Shown here in pieces: positions 1-9,167 of a stretch of DNA of 34,255 bases. The position numbers and the translations under genes were made by a program. The notes beneath the pieces were generated by a model that searched no databases, was not told the DNA's origin, and saw only the letters and a list, made by a program, of their open reading frames with translations. The stretch lies in the IMG/VR virus record IMGVR_UViG_3300043414_000247, positions 1-34,255 of that record, one strand, 5' to 3'. Source of the stretch: a virus (Duplodnaviria; Caudoviricetes). Numbering within the stretch: position 1 is the first letter of the stretch; every line of letters starts with the position of its first letter.

Positions 1-732
1 GCGCCGATGTTGCAGCAGCAGCCGCCCGCACCCGCGCCGACTACGTTTGAAGAAATGCAACGCGCGGCCAACGCCCGTAACCTAGAAAAACAACGCGCTA
101 TTGAAACCATGAAGGCGCAAGTTGCGGCGGAGGCACCGCCGCGCGCCATGACCGCGCAACAAGAGCGCTCCATGCTCAACACGGTATCTAAGGATCGTTT
201 GTCGGCTGAAACCACTATCGGCACTATGGACGATGTGCTTAAGGCCGTGAAAGACGTGCAAGACCTTACACCCAAGCAGAAGGAAAGCGTAACCGGCATA
301 ACGGCAAAACTTCCGCCGGTTTTTGCTGACTCACGAACGGCCCGCACCAAACTTGACAATCTCAAGGGCGTGGTAACGCAAATGGGCAAACGCGTTGCGT
401 CGCTCGGCGGCGCAATTGGTAACATGGCGGTTGCGGAATGGAAGATCGTGTCGGACGCCATCGCGTCGTTGGACACGACCAATATGAACACCAAAGACCT
501 TAACGATCAGCTTGACATTATCGCCGCCAAAGCCAACGCGGCGGCCGCTCGCACCAAAGACGCTTACGAACGGCAGTACGAAGAGCTGAAAACTAAGCAC
601 GGAACCCGTTTTGATTTGAGCGGCGGCGCTGCGGCAACGACGGCAAAAGTGCCCGCGATTGGTGCGACCGATAGCGGGTATCGTTTTAAAGGCGGCGATC
701 CTGCGAAGGCTGACAGCTGGGAAAAAATCTAA
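1..732 (+). CDS. Internal virion/DNA-ejection protein, probably 5'-truncated
   Basis: Frame is open from base 1. Ala/Gln/Thr-rich helical protein ending GYRFKGGDPAKADSWEKI. Lies upstream of a second ejection-like gene and the lysis cassette, the usual podovirus position. Confidence 0.55.
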   Translation, partial: APMLQQQPPAPAPTTFEEMQRAANARNLEKQRAIETMKAQVAAEAPPRAMTAQQERSMLNTVSKDRLSAETTIGTMDDVLKAVKDVQDLTPKQKESVTGITAKLPPVFADSRTARTKLDNLKGVVTQMGKRVASLGGAIGNMAVAEWKIVSDAIASLDTTNMNTKDLNDQLDIIAAKANAAAARTKDAYERQYEELKTKHGTRFDLSGGAAATTAKVPAIGATDSGYRFKGGDPAKADSWEKI

Positions 733-2288
733 TGGCCGGACCTTGGGAGAAATACGCAGCCCCTAGCGCCGAAGAAGGCCCATGGTCTAAATACGCGCCC
801 GCTGCGGAAGCACGCGTGCCAACCGCACCCGCCGCTGAAACGCGCGCGCCAGCCATTGACGCGGTTCCGCAAGGCCGCAGCGGGCGGATGCGCGAGGCGT
901 TCACACGCCCAGCGGACATCAGCAACGTGCCGGTGCAGACGCTGCCGGAGCTAGGCGCGCGGTACAAGGATATTGGCGTCGGCGCAGCGCAGGGCGTTCC
1001 AGCGGCTATTGCGGGGCTGCCTGGTGACGTGGCAAGTCTGGTGGTTGACAACCCGTTTACGTCGCAGAACCTCGCAAACGAATGGTTTGGCGCGGCGAAT
1101 AAAGACGTGGCGTCTGGCCGCATGTTGGGCGGCATAGCTACAGGTCTTGCCGCGCCGGGGCTAGGCGTGGCGAAAAACGCTTTGGCGGCAAGAAATTACC
1201 CGCTTGCGGCTAAGGGCGCAGGCGCGGCGCAGTTCGTGCTTGACCCCCTATCGCCAATGGTAGCGGGCGCGATCAATGCGGGCGTGCGCGGCGCGAAAGC
1301 CATTGGCAACATTGGGCGCGCGGCTGAAGAGGCTACGCTTACCACGGACGCGCTGTTTGACAGAGCCGTTGGTAAATACGGGGTAATGGACAAATCAAAT
1401 TTGGCTATCAGCCCTGACGTGCTGCAATCCGCTGTCGGAGACATTAAGAAGTCGCTTGAAACTTCGCGGTATCTGGATGACCTTGACCCCGTTGCGGAAA
1501 ACTTTTTGAATGCTCTTGAGAAACGCGCGCAGTCTCCGCAATCGCTTACGAAGTTGGACGCATTGCGCGGCAAAGCGCGCGATTTGGCGATGAAGGCCGA
1601 AGGCGGCGAAAAGAATGTTTTGTCGTCAATTTCCCGTAAATTGGACGAAGCTCTGAAAACTGTTGACGAGACTAAGGTTATCCCAAAAGACCCGACACTG
1701 CCGTCAGCAGACCCCACAACAGTCCGCGAAGCGTTTTTGGAAGCCCGCGACGATTTTTCGCGCGCGTCAAAAAGCCGTAACATTGAAAAGTTAATAAATG
1801 ACGCGGTTATAAACAGCGATGGCAAATCGCCACCTGTCAAGGCGTTGCAGACGCAATTTTCAAAATTGGCGCGCGACGAAGATTTGTTCGCCCAGTACTC
1901 AGCGGCAGAGCAAAAGATAATAAAAGACCTTGCGGCGGGGCGGGTTGGGTCTGACACGCTTCGAGGTCTTGAAAACCTCATGCCTGGTTTCAGCCGGAGC
2001 AGCATGTTCGGTAACTTCATGGCCACTATGGCGGGCGTTGCTGGGTCGTCTATCGGCGGTCCCGCCGGAGCTTTGGCCTTTAGCATTCCCGGCGCGATAG
2101 GCAAGGCAGCGGAAGCGGCGCGTGGTGCGCAGGCGGTGCCCTTCGCTAACCGATTTGCAGAAGGCATCCGCGCGGGCAATGTCGGCAACGCGATGGCTGA
2201 ACCGTTTACGTCTACTGCCGCCGTGCGTAACTTCCTTCGCCCCGGCGTCGGTGCGTACAACGCCTTCAATCAGCAATTTAACCAGTGA
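732..2288 (+). CDS. Internal virion/DNA-ejection protein (518 aa)
   Basis: TAATG overlap with the previous gene, N-terminal GPWEKY/GPWSKY repeats, Gly/Ala-rich segments around a helical core; last gene before lysis. Confidence 0.55.
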   Translation: MAGPWEKYAAPSAEEGPWSKYAPAAEARVPTAPAAETRAPAIDAVPQGRSGRMREAFTRPADISNVPVQTLPELGARYKDIGVGAAQGVPAAIAGLPGDVASLVVDNPFTSQNLANEWFGAANKDVASGRMLGGIATGLAAPGLGVAKNALAARNYPLAAKGAGAAQFVLDPLSPMVAGAINAGVRGAKAIGNIGRAAEEATLTTDALFDRAVGKYGVMDKSNLAISPDVLQSAVGDIKKSLETSRYLDDLDPVAENFLNALEKRAQSPQSLTKLDALRGKARDLAMKAEGGEKNVLSSISRKLDEALKTVDETKVIPKDPTLPSADPTTVREAFLEARDDFSRASKSRNIEKLINDAVINSDGKSPPVKALQTQFSKLARDEDLFAQYSAAEQKIIKDLAAGRVGSDTLRGLENLMPGFSRSSMFGNFMATMAGVAGSSIGGPAGALAFSIPGAIGKAAEAARGAQAVPFANRFAEGIRAGNVGNAMAEPFTSTAAVRNFLRPGVGAYNAFNQQFNQ

Positions 2289-2296
2289 TCGGTGAC

Positions 2297-2530
2297 ATGG
2301 AACCTCAGACCATTATCAACATCGCTGGCGGTCTTGTCCTCTCGGTTGTGGGCTGGTTGGCGCGAGAGCTGTGGGGCGCGGTCAAGGATCTGCGCGCGGA
2401 TCTGCACAAGATCGAGGTTGATCTGCCCAAGACCTACGTCCCCCGCGTGGACATTGACGCACGGATGAAACATATCGAGGACATGTTCCAACGCATCTAC
2501 GACAAGCTAGACGCAAAGGCGGACAAATAA
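2297..2530 (+). CDS. Small membrane protein of the lysis cassette (holin/antiholin-like)
   Basis: ATG at 2297; N-terminal TM segment (IINIAGGLVLSVVGWLA) followed by a charged coiled coil; TAATG-coupled to the holin. Confidence 0.6.
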   Translation: MEPQTIINIAGGLVLSVVGWLARELWGAVKDLRADLHKIEVDLPKTYVPRVDIDARMKHIEDMFQRIYDKLDAKADK

Positions 2531-2922
2531 TGGCCTTCGGTTTTGACGACGCCATCGCGGCGGCTTTAAAAGTCCTCGACAAATTCGTTCCAGATCCGGA
2601 GGCGAAGGCCAAGGCGGAGAGCGAGCTGCGGTCCAGCCTCCAGGCATGGGACAAGAGCCAGACCGACGTGAACGCGGTCGAGGCGGCTAACCCGAACCTG
2701 TTCGTGTCCGGCTGGCGCCCGTTCATAGGCTGGGTCTGCGGCCTTGCGCTGGCCTACCAGTACGTTGCAGCGCCGCTCCTGATGTGGGTGGCAACCAGCC
2801 TGCACATCGCGATGGCGGCCCCGCCCAAGCTTGACGGGATGCTGTGGGAGCTGGTCTTCGCGCTGCTCGGCATGGGCGGGCTGCGCACGCTGGAGAAGGT
2901 TAAGGGAGTGGCGCGCAAATGA
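2530..2922 (+). CDS. Holin of the 3-TM GTA-release type
   Basis: Motifs VNAVEA..LFVSGWRPFIGWVCG and LLGMGGLRTLEK, hydrophobic segments, directly upstream of the endolysin. Confidence 0.8.
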   Translation: MAFGFDDAIAAALKVLDKFVPDPEAKAKAESELRSSLQAWDKSQTDVNAVEAANPNLFVSGWRPFIGWVCGLALAYQYVAAPLLMWVATSLHIAMAAPPKLDGMLWELVFALLGMGGLRTLEKVKGVARK

Positions 2923-3437
2923 AGGGCAACTTCGACCGCAGCTTGAAGATGATGCTGGCGCACGAAGGCGGCTACGTCTGCAACCCGCGCGACCCTGGAG
3001 GCATGACCAACCTCGGCGTCACCAAGGCGGTGTGGGAGTCCTACGTCGATTGCGACGTGACGGAGTCGCAGATGCGGGCGCTGACGCCCGCCAAGGTCGC
3101 GCCGCTGTACAAGGAGCGGTACTGGGACGCCGTGCGCGCCGACGAGCTGCCAGCAGGCGTGGACTACGCCATGTTCGACTTCGCGGTGAACTCCGGCCCC
3201 GTGCGCGCCATCAGAACGCTGCAGTCGTCGCTGGCGATCACAACAGACGGCATGATCGGCCCGCGCACGCTGAAGGCCGTCAGCATGAGCGCGCCCACTG
3301 TCGTGATCGACAACCTGTGCCGCGAGCGCGTGCAGTTCTTGGCCCGGCTCTCGACCTACAAGACCTTCGGGCGCGGCTGGACCCGCCGCGTCAACGAGGT
3401 GGAAGTGCTGGCTAGGGAGATGGCCGCGCTGCGGTAA
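2919..3437 (+). CDS. Endolysin, glycoside hydrolase family 108 with C-terminal peptidoglycan-binding region
   Basis: HEGGY, DPGGMTNLGVT, FDFAVNSG, DGMIGPRTL and FGRGWTRR motifs. Confidence 0.9.
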   Translation: MKGNFDRSLKMMLAHEGGYVCNPRDPGGMTNLGVTKAVWESYVDCDVTESQMRALTPAKVAPLYKERYWDAVRADELPAGVDYAMFDFAVNSGPVRAIRTLQSSLAITTDGMIGPRTLKAVSMSAPTVVIDNLCRERVQFLARLSTYKTFGRGWTRRVNEVEVLAREMAALR

Positions 3438-3615
3438 GCAAGGCCAGCAGCTCGTCACGCTCGCGTGAGGCGCGCAATGCTGTGAACCGCTGGTGCAACC
3501 GCACGACGACTGTGCCCCGGCGCATCCCGACCAGCTCGTCCTGCAACAACTGCTGGACGGCTGCTTCAGACAGCTCGGGCAACTTCTTGTTAAGATCGCG
3601 CCAATTCATCGTCAT
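3412..3615 (-). CDS. Hypothetical protein (67 aa)
   Basis: ATGA overlap with the SNF2 helicase stop; its 3' end overlaps the endolysin 3' end convergently. Confidence 0.65.
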   Translation of the reverse strand: MTMNWRDLNKKLPELSEAAVQQLLQDELVGMRRGTVVVRLHQRFTALRASRERDELLALLTAARPSP

Positions 3616-4955
3616 GCTTTCAATTCCTCTAGGGCTATGTCCGAAATCGCGCGCTTGTCGCGCAGGGCGGACCAGATCCGTTCGTCGATAGTCTTATTAC
3701 AAAGCAGCAGGTAACACCAGACCGGTTGCGTCTGCCCGCCCCGGTGCAGGCGTCCGACCGTCTGCTCGTACAGTTCCAGCGACCACGGCAGCGACACGAA
3801 GACGATCTTGTTGCCGCCGTGTTGCAGATTGAGGCCGTGGCCCGCCGACTTGGGGTGGATCAGCAGCAGCTCGATCTGGCCCGCGTTCCAGCGTTCGATG
3901 GCGTTGGCGTCGTCAATCGTCTGGGCGTGCGGGAAACGCCGCAACAGCTCGGCCAGCTCCTCCTTGTAGTTGTAGACGACGATCGTGTTTGCCCGCTGGT
4001 TCTCATCCAGCAGCTCGGCCAGCCGGTCGAACTTGTGGCCGCTGATCCAGATCGCGCGCTTGTCCACGTCAAACTTGCCCGGCCTGTCGCTGGCAGTCGT
4101 CGTGCTGTGGTAGATGAACCCGGAGGCCATCTGTTGCAGCTTGCTCGTCACGGCGGCCGCGTTGGCCGCGATGACCTGATCCGACCCCAGCTCTAGCATC
4201 AGGTCGCGCTTCATGACATTGTAAGGCTTGATGTCGGCCATGTCGCACGCCAGCTCGACCGTATGCAGCGGCGGCAGCTTATCGGCGTACACGCCAGGCT
4301 CCAGCACGAACGTCGCGGGCTTGATCGTTGCCATGATCTGTTCCAGCGATCCCTTGCGGGGCAACCACTCGCCAAAGTCGCGGTTGATGCAGACGAAGTA
4401 GCGTTGCAGGAACGCGCCCTTAGATCGGCCCAGCAGCTTCTGGTCCACGATCTTGCACTGCCCGAACACGTCTTCTAGACCGTTGGATGTGAACGATCCG
4501 GTCAAGCCCCAGCGGTAGCGCACGCCCTTGAGGAGCTTCTCCAGCGCCTTAAACCGCTTTCCGCTGGGGTTCTTAACGCGCGTCAGCTCGTCGAACACCA
4601 CGCCGTCGAAGCGGCGCATGTCGGCGTCCGTCAGCGTCTGGATGTTGTCGTAATTCATCACGACCACGTCGGCGGCGGACGCCAGCGCAGCCCCGCGCTG
4701 TGCCGGTGTGCCGACCGCCAGCGCCATCGTCAGCCCTGCCGCCCACTTGGGCCGTTCAACCGGCCACACGTCGGTGCAGACCCGCTTGGGCGCTAGGATC
4801 AGCCACCGCCGGGCGTAGCCGTCCGACACCGCCGCCGCCAGCGCCGTGAGCGTGATGGCGGTCTTGCCCGCGCCGACCGGCGCGAGGATCATGGCGGTGT
4901 CGTGCTCAAACAGGAAGTCTGCCGCGTCGTCTTGGTACGGTCTGAGCTTCAGCAT
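3612..4955 (-). CDS. SNF2-family (SF2) helicase
   Basis: LRPYQ, Walker A APVGAGKT, VFDELT, GLTGS, SAGHGLNLQ and QTVGRLHRGGQ motifs; start placed at ATG 4955 (MLKLRPYQ). Confidence 0.9.
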   Translation of the reverse strand: MLKLRPYQDDAADFLFEHDTAMILAPVGAGKTAITLTALAAAVSDGYARRWLILAPKRVCTDVWPVERPKWAAGLTMALAVGTPAQRGAALASAADVVVMNYDNIQTLTDADMRRFDGVVFDELTRVKNPSGKRFKALEKLLKGVRYRWGLTGSFTSNGLEDVFGQCKIVDQKLLGRSKGAFLQRYFVCINRDFGEWLPRKGSLEQIMATIKPATFVLEPGVYADKLPPLHTVELACDMADIKPYNVMKRDLMLELGSDQVIAANAAAVTSKLQQMASGFIYHSTTTASDRPGKFDVDKRAIWISGHKFDRLAELLDENQRANTIVVYNYKEELAELLRRFPHAQTIDDANAIERWNAGQIELLLIHPKSAGHGLNLQHGGNKIVFVSLPWSLELYEQTVGRLHRGGQTQPVWCYLLLCNKTIDERIWSALRDKRAISDIALEELKA

Positions 4956-5227
4956 CCCGTCTCCCGCGCCCACTCGTTGATCTCTTCGCGCGACCACAGG
5001 CAGGCGTAGTCCTGTTGCAACGTCAGCATGTCAGCGGCAAACTTGGTCTGAAGCGGTGCCAGCCGCCCGCCCTTCTTCTTCAACTCCACAAACCACGTCT
5101 GGCCGTTAGGCAGGCACGCGATCTGATCCGACACGCCGCGCAGCGTGGGCGACTTGAACTTGTAGGTCTTGCCGCCGAGGCGCGCGACCGTCCAGATGAA
5201 GTAGGCTTCGATTTCCTTCTCAAGCAT
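4949..5227 (-). CDS. VRR-NUC domain nuclease (PD-(D/E)XK; putative resolvase)
   Basis: EKEIE, RGVSDQI, WFVELKKKGGRLAPLQ motifs; GGGAG RBS upstream of ATG 5227. Confidence 0.85.
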   Translation of the reverse strand: MLEKEIEAYFIWTVARLGGKTYKFKSPTLRGVSDQIACLPNGQTWFVELKKKGGRLAPLQTKFAADMLTLQQDYACLWSREEINEWARETGC

Positions 5228-5256
5228 CTTTTCCGCTCCCGTTGCAAGAAAAGCTA

Positions 5257-5285
5257 TTGCACGGGGGCCAAACATTGTCTAGCGT
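5257..5285 (+). promoter_or_regulatory. Putative sigma70-type promoter of the replication operon
   Basis: TTGCAC (5257-5262), 17-nt spacer, TAGCGT (5280-5285), in the divergent intergenic region and preceded by GCAAGAAAA. Confidence 0.5.
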
Positions 5286-5316
5286 CTGGCTTGTCAAAAA
5301 CGCGGAAGGTTCACGA

Positions 5317-6447
5317 ATGGCACAACACTCCTCTATCGTCGGCGGCTCTACAGCCAAGCGCGTCATCTCCTGCCCTGGCTCGGTCGCGCTCGTCCAGCAG
5401 ATGCCGCCCAAGCCGTCCAGCAAATACGCGGACGAAGGCACGCTGCTGCACAACGTCATCGCGGAGATCTTGACGACTGACCGCACGCCCGAGAGCTATC
5501 TCGGCACGGTTTACGAGGGCATCACGCTCGACCAAGACCTGATCGACGCCAAGCTGCGCCCGGCGCTGGATGCGCTGAACGACATCGACCCTGACAAGAC
5601 GATGGAATACGCCGTCGAGCAAGTCGTCGGCTTTGGCGATCTGCTGCCCGGCGTGTTCGGCTCCGCCGATTTGATCGGACGGCGCGGCGACCGCGCCATC
5701 GTCCTTGACTGGAAGTTCGGCTCTGGTGTCGCCGTGGACGTGGAGGAGAACGCACAGGCGATGTTCTACGCCGCTGCCGCCATGCGCACGCCTGAGACGG
5801 CATGGGCGTTTGAAGGCGCGACCGAGATCGAGTGCATCATCGTGCAGCCGCCCAGCGTCAAGCGTTGGGTGACGACGTTCGACCGCATCGCCCAGTTTGA
5901 ACGCGAGCTGTTGATCGCGGTCAAGACCGCGCAGCTTCCTGATGCGCCGCTGTCGTCTGGCGATCACTGCCGCTGGTGCGCCGCCAAGCCGGTCTGCCCG
6001 GTGATGACCGGAGCTGTGGATAGAGCGCTAAAAAATAAGTTGCACGCCATAGACGCGGCGCAGATTGGTGTCTATCTTAAGCAAGCTGAACTGCTAGAGG
6101 CATGGATCAGCGGCGTGAACGAGCTCGCGTATCAGATGCTTGATGAAGGTCTGTCGGTGCCAGGCTATAAGCTGGTGCCGAAGCGTTCGACGCGCAAGTG
6201 GATCGACGACGAGGTGGCGCTGTCGGCGCTGGAGCGTCTCGGTCTGACTACACAGGAATTGGTGGAGACTTCGGTCGTCAGTCCGGCGAAGGCGGAGAAG
6301 CTGCTCAAGAAGCAGAAGGTTCCGCTGCCTGCTGACCTAGTCGTGTCCATCTCAACGGGCAACACTCTGGTAACCGAGGATGATCCTCGCCCAGCGGTGA
6401 TGCAGATCGGCAAGCAGCTTGCTTCCGCTCTTGGTAAACTCGTCTAA
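5317..6447 (+). CDS. Cas4-like PD-(D/E)XK exonuclease (DUF2800-like)
   Basis: SCPGS, EGTLLH, GSADLI, LDWKFG, QAMFYA and HCRWC-x5-CP give four Fe-S-type cysteines; start at ATG 5317. Confidence 0.85.
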   Translation: MAQHSSIVGGSTAKRVISCPGSVALVQQMPPKPSSKYADEGTLLHNVIAEILTTDRTPESYLGTVYEGITLDQDLIDAKLRPALDALNDIDPDKTMEYAVEQVVGFGDLLPGVFGSADLIGRRGDRAIVLDWKFGSGVAVDVEENAQAMFYAAAAMRTPETAWAFEGATEIECIIVQPPSVKRWVTTFDRIAQFERELLIAVKTAQLPDAPLSSGDHCRWCAAKPVCPVMTGAVDRALKNKLHAIDAAQIGVYLKQAELLEAWISGVNELAYQMLDEGLSVPGYKLVPKRSTRKWIDDEVALSALERLGLTTQELVETSVVSPAKAEKLLKKQKVPLPADLVVSISTGNTLVTEDDPRPAVMQIGKQLASALGKLV

Positions 6448-6459
6448 AGGAACACACGA

Positions 6460-7116
6460 ATGTCAAACCTTACTGTTTTCGGCAACGCTAACCTTCCCTC
6501 CGCCGCCTCGCTGGCGGACTCCCTGCGCAGCATCAAGACCGGCGTGTCTGATGCCGGTGGCAGCGTCATCCTCAAGATGGACAAGACCGGACATTGGGTG
6601 TTCGGCGCTGACCAGACCGAAATTGAGGACGGCGCAACTTGGGCCATCAACCCGTTCTCGTTCGTCCACGGCTTTATCGCTTGGGGCGAAGGTGACGTGC
6701 TGGGCGAGAAGATGGTGCCGGTGTCGTCGCCGCTGCCAGAGCTTGACGCCGCTCCGGCGGGTGCCAAGCGTGGCTGGGAGACGCAGGTCGGCATGTCGCT
6801 GAAGTGCGTGTCTGGGGACGACAAGGACATGGAAGCCCGCTATACGGTCACGTCCGTTGGCGGGAAGCGTGCTGTGCAGGCGCTGGCGCTCGCCATCGCC
6901 AGCCAGGTCGAGAAGGACCAGACGAAGCCGGTTCCGGTCGTTCGTCTGAAGAAAGAGCACTATATGCACAAGTCCTATGGCCGCATCTACATTCCGGTGT
7001 TTGACATCGTGGAGTGGATGGGCATGGATGGCGGTTCGACCGAAGCAGACGCGCCTCCCGTCGCTGACGCTCCGGCTGAAGCTCCCGCTGATTCGCGTCG
7101 CCGTCGCCGCGCGTAA
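6460..7116 (+). CDS. Putative single-stranded DNA-binding/annealing protein
   Basis: Sits between the Cas4-like nuclease and PolA; aromatic beta-rich core (HKSYGRIYIPVFDIVEW); acidic Pro/Ala tail ending RRRRRA; AAAGGA RBS. Confidence 0.6.
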   Translation: MSNLTVFGNANLPSAASLADSLRSIKTGVSDAGGSVILKMDKTGHWVFGADQTEIEDGATWAINPFSFVHGFIAWGEGDVLGEKMVPVSSPLPELDAAPAGAKRGWETQVGMSLKCVSGDDKDMEARYTVTSVGGKRAVQALALAIASQVEKDQTKPVPVVRLKKEHYMHKSYGRIYIPVFDIVEWMGMDGGSTEADAPPVADAPAEAPADSRRRRRA

Positions 7117-7128
7117 GGGAGAGTGAAA

Positions 7129-7163
7129 GCGGGCGCTGCTGCCCCTCCCCCAGCAGCGCCCGC
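7129..7163 (+). promoter_or_regulatory. Perfect 13-bp hairpin with C-rich loop upstream of the DNA polymerase gene
   Basis: GCGGGCGCTGCTG-CCCCTCCCC-CAGCAGCGCCCGC with no U-tract; function unknown. Confidence 0.5.
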
Positions 7164-7181
7164 GAGTAACTGTGCAAGATC

Positions 7182-9149
7182 ATGACCGTACTTTTTCTTG
7201 ACTTTGAGACGCGCAGCCGCTGCGACCTTCGCGCGCGCGGCGTCTACAATTACGCGCAGGACCGTTCCACGTCCGTGCTGTGCATGTCCTACGCCTTCGA
7301 TGACGACGAGGTCGTTACGTGGACGCCAGACCAGCCGTTCCCGCGACGCGTCGCGGAGCACACAGGGCAGATCAGAGCACACAACGCCGCCTTCGAGCGG
7401 CTTATCTTTTGGTTCGTCCTCTGCCCCGACCACGGCATTCGCGAGCCGTCGCTGACGCAGTTCTATTGCACGGCGACGCAAGCCCGCGCCAACTGCGCGC
7501 CAGGATCGCTGGAGGACGTAGGGCGCTTTGCTGGCGCGACGATGAAGAAGGACCATCGCGGGTCGCAGCTGATCCGGGCGCTGTCGGTCCCACGCGGCGA
7601 CGGGACGTTCAACGACGATCCGGCGCTGATGGCTGAGATGGTGGCCTATTGCGAGCAGGACGTGCGTGCCATGCGCGCCATCAGCCGCAGCCTGCGCGAC
7701 CTGTCCGCCGAAGAGCTGGCCGACTACCACGTCAACGAGCGCATCAACGACAGGGGCGTGCGCGTCGATCTGGCGTTGTGCACCGCCGCGGTCAAGTACG
7801 CCAGCGACGAGCTGGCCGAAATCCAGCAGATCGTGGCCGAGGTGACCGAGGGCGCGATCACCAGCGTGCGCAGCCCGAAGATGCGCCAGTGGGTGCAGGA
7901 CCGCGTCGGCCCCGAGGCGCTCAAGCTGATGACCGTTCACAAGGACGGCGTTGAAAAGATGTCGATCGACAAGAACGTCCGCGCCAACCTGCTGACGTTT
8001 GCCGCCGAGAACCCCGACGAGGTGCCGCACGACGTGGCCGAAGTGATCCAGTGCGCTGACGACCTGTGGGCGTCCAGCGTGGCGAAGTTCAGCCGCCTGG
8101 CTGCGCTGGCCGACGACGAGGACCACCGCGTCCGTGGCGCGTTCGTGTTCGCTGGCGGCGCGGCTACCGGGCGCGCGTCGTCCTACGGCGCTCAGGTGCA
8201 CAACTTCGCCCGCAAGTGCGCCAAGGAACCCGACGAGACGCGCGCCGCCATGGTGCGCGGTCACAAGATTGTGCCGCAGTACGGCCGCCGCGTCACTGAC
8301 GTGCTGAAGGGCATGTTGCGCCCGGCGCTGCTGGCGAGCGATGGCAACTGGCTGGCCGTGGCCGACTGGTCGTCCATCGAGGCGCGCGTCAACCCGTGGC
8401 TGTCGGGCAAGGGCGACGCCAAGCTGGAGCTATTTCGCACGGGTCGTGATGTCTACAAGGTCAACGCCATGGCGACCTTTCGCGTGGCGTTTGAAGACGT
8501 GACGCCTGACCAGCGTCAGGTTGGAAAAGTTCAAGAGCTTGCCTGTGGTTTCGCTGGCGGTGTCGGCGCGTTTGCTGCAATGGGCCGCGTCTACGGCCTG
8601 TCGTTGCCGGAGCCAGAGGCCAAGCGCATGGTGCAGGGCTGGCGCGCGGCGAACGACTGGGCCATGCCGTTCTGGCAAGACTTGGAGCAGGCGTATACGC
8701 GCGCCATGCGTCACAAGGGCCACGAGTTCACGGCTGGCCGGATTACCTACTTGTTCGACGGAACGCACCTCTGGTACGCTCTGCCTTCCGGCCGCGTGCT
8801 CTGCTATCCGTTCGCGCGTCTGGAGGCCGAGGGCGTCACTTACGCTAAGGCCGCGTGGAAGCCCGCAGCAGATGCGAAAGAATGGCCACGTGCGCGCCTC
8901 TGGCGCGGGCTGGCGTGCGAGAATGTCACGCAAGCGACGGCCAACGACCTGTTGCGCTATTCGCTGCGGATGCTGGACGCGGAGGGGTTCGAACCCGTGC
9001 TGCATGTCCACGACGAGATCGTTCTGGAGACGAACGACTTCGACCGTACGGTCGAGGCGATGAAGCGGATCATGTGCTCCACACCGACGTGGGCCGAGGG
9101 AATACCACTCGGCATAGAGGTGCACACGATGAGACGTTACGGGAAATAA
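7182..9149 (+). CDS. DNA polymerase family A with 3'-5' exonuclease
   Basis: ExoI LDFETRS, ExoII AHNAAFER, ExoIII YCEQDV; motif A DWSSIEARV, motif B RQVGKVQELACGF, motif C HVHDEIV. Confidence 0.93.
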   Translation: MTVLFLDFETRSRCDLRARGVYNYAQDRSTSVLCMSYAFDDDEVVTWTPDQPFPRRVAEHTGQIRAHNAAFERLIFWFVLCPDHGIREPSLTQFYCTATQARANCAPGSLEDVGRFAGATMKKDHRGSQLIRALSVPRGDGTFNDDPALMAEMVAYCEQDVRAMRAISRSLRDLSAEELADYHVNERINDRGVRVDLALCTAAVKYASDELAEIQQIVAEVTEGAITSVRSPKMRQWVQDRVGPEALKLMTVHKDGVEKMSIDKNVRANLLTFAAENPDEVPHDVAEVIQCADDLWASSVAKFSRLAALADDEDHRVRGAFVFAGGAATGRASSYGAQVHNFARKCAKEPDETRAAMVRGHKIVPQYGRRVTDVLKGMLRPALLASDGNWLAVADWSSIEARVNPWLSGKGDAKLELFRTGRDVYKVNAMATFRVAFEDVTPDQRQVGKVQELACGFAGGVGAFAAMGRVYGLSLPEPEAKRMVQGWRAANDWAMPFWQDLEQAYTRAMRHKGHEFTAGRITYLFDGTHLWYALPSGRVLCYPFARLEAEGVTYAKAAWKPAADAKEWPRARLWRGLACENVTQATANDLLRYSLRMLDAEGFEPVLHVHDEIVLETNDFDRTVEAMKRIMCSTPTWAEGIPLGIEVHTMRRYGK

Positions 9150-9167
9150 ACGGGGAGAACGAATCAC

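Noticed and set aside
6014-6022. Near DnaA box TGTGGATAG
   Set aside because: Single 8/9 match inside a coding region; expected by chance.
5317-6447. Cas4-like gene as evidence of a CRISPR-Cas system
   Set aside because: No repeat-spacer array or other cas genes; solo Cas4-like nucleases are normal in this replication module.
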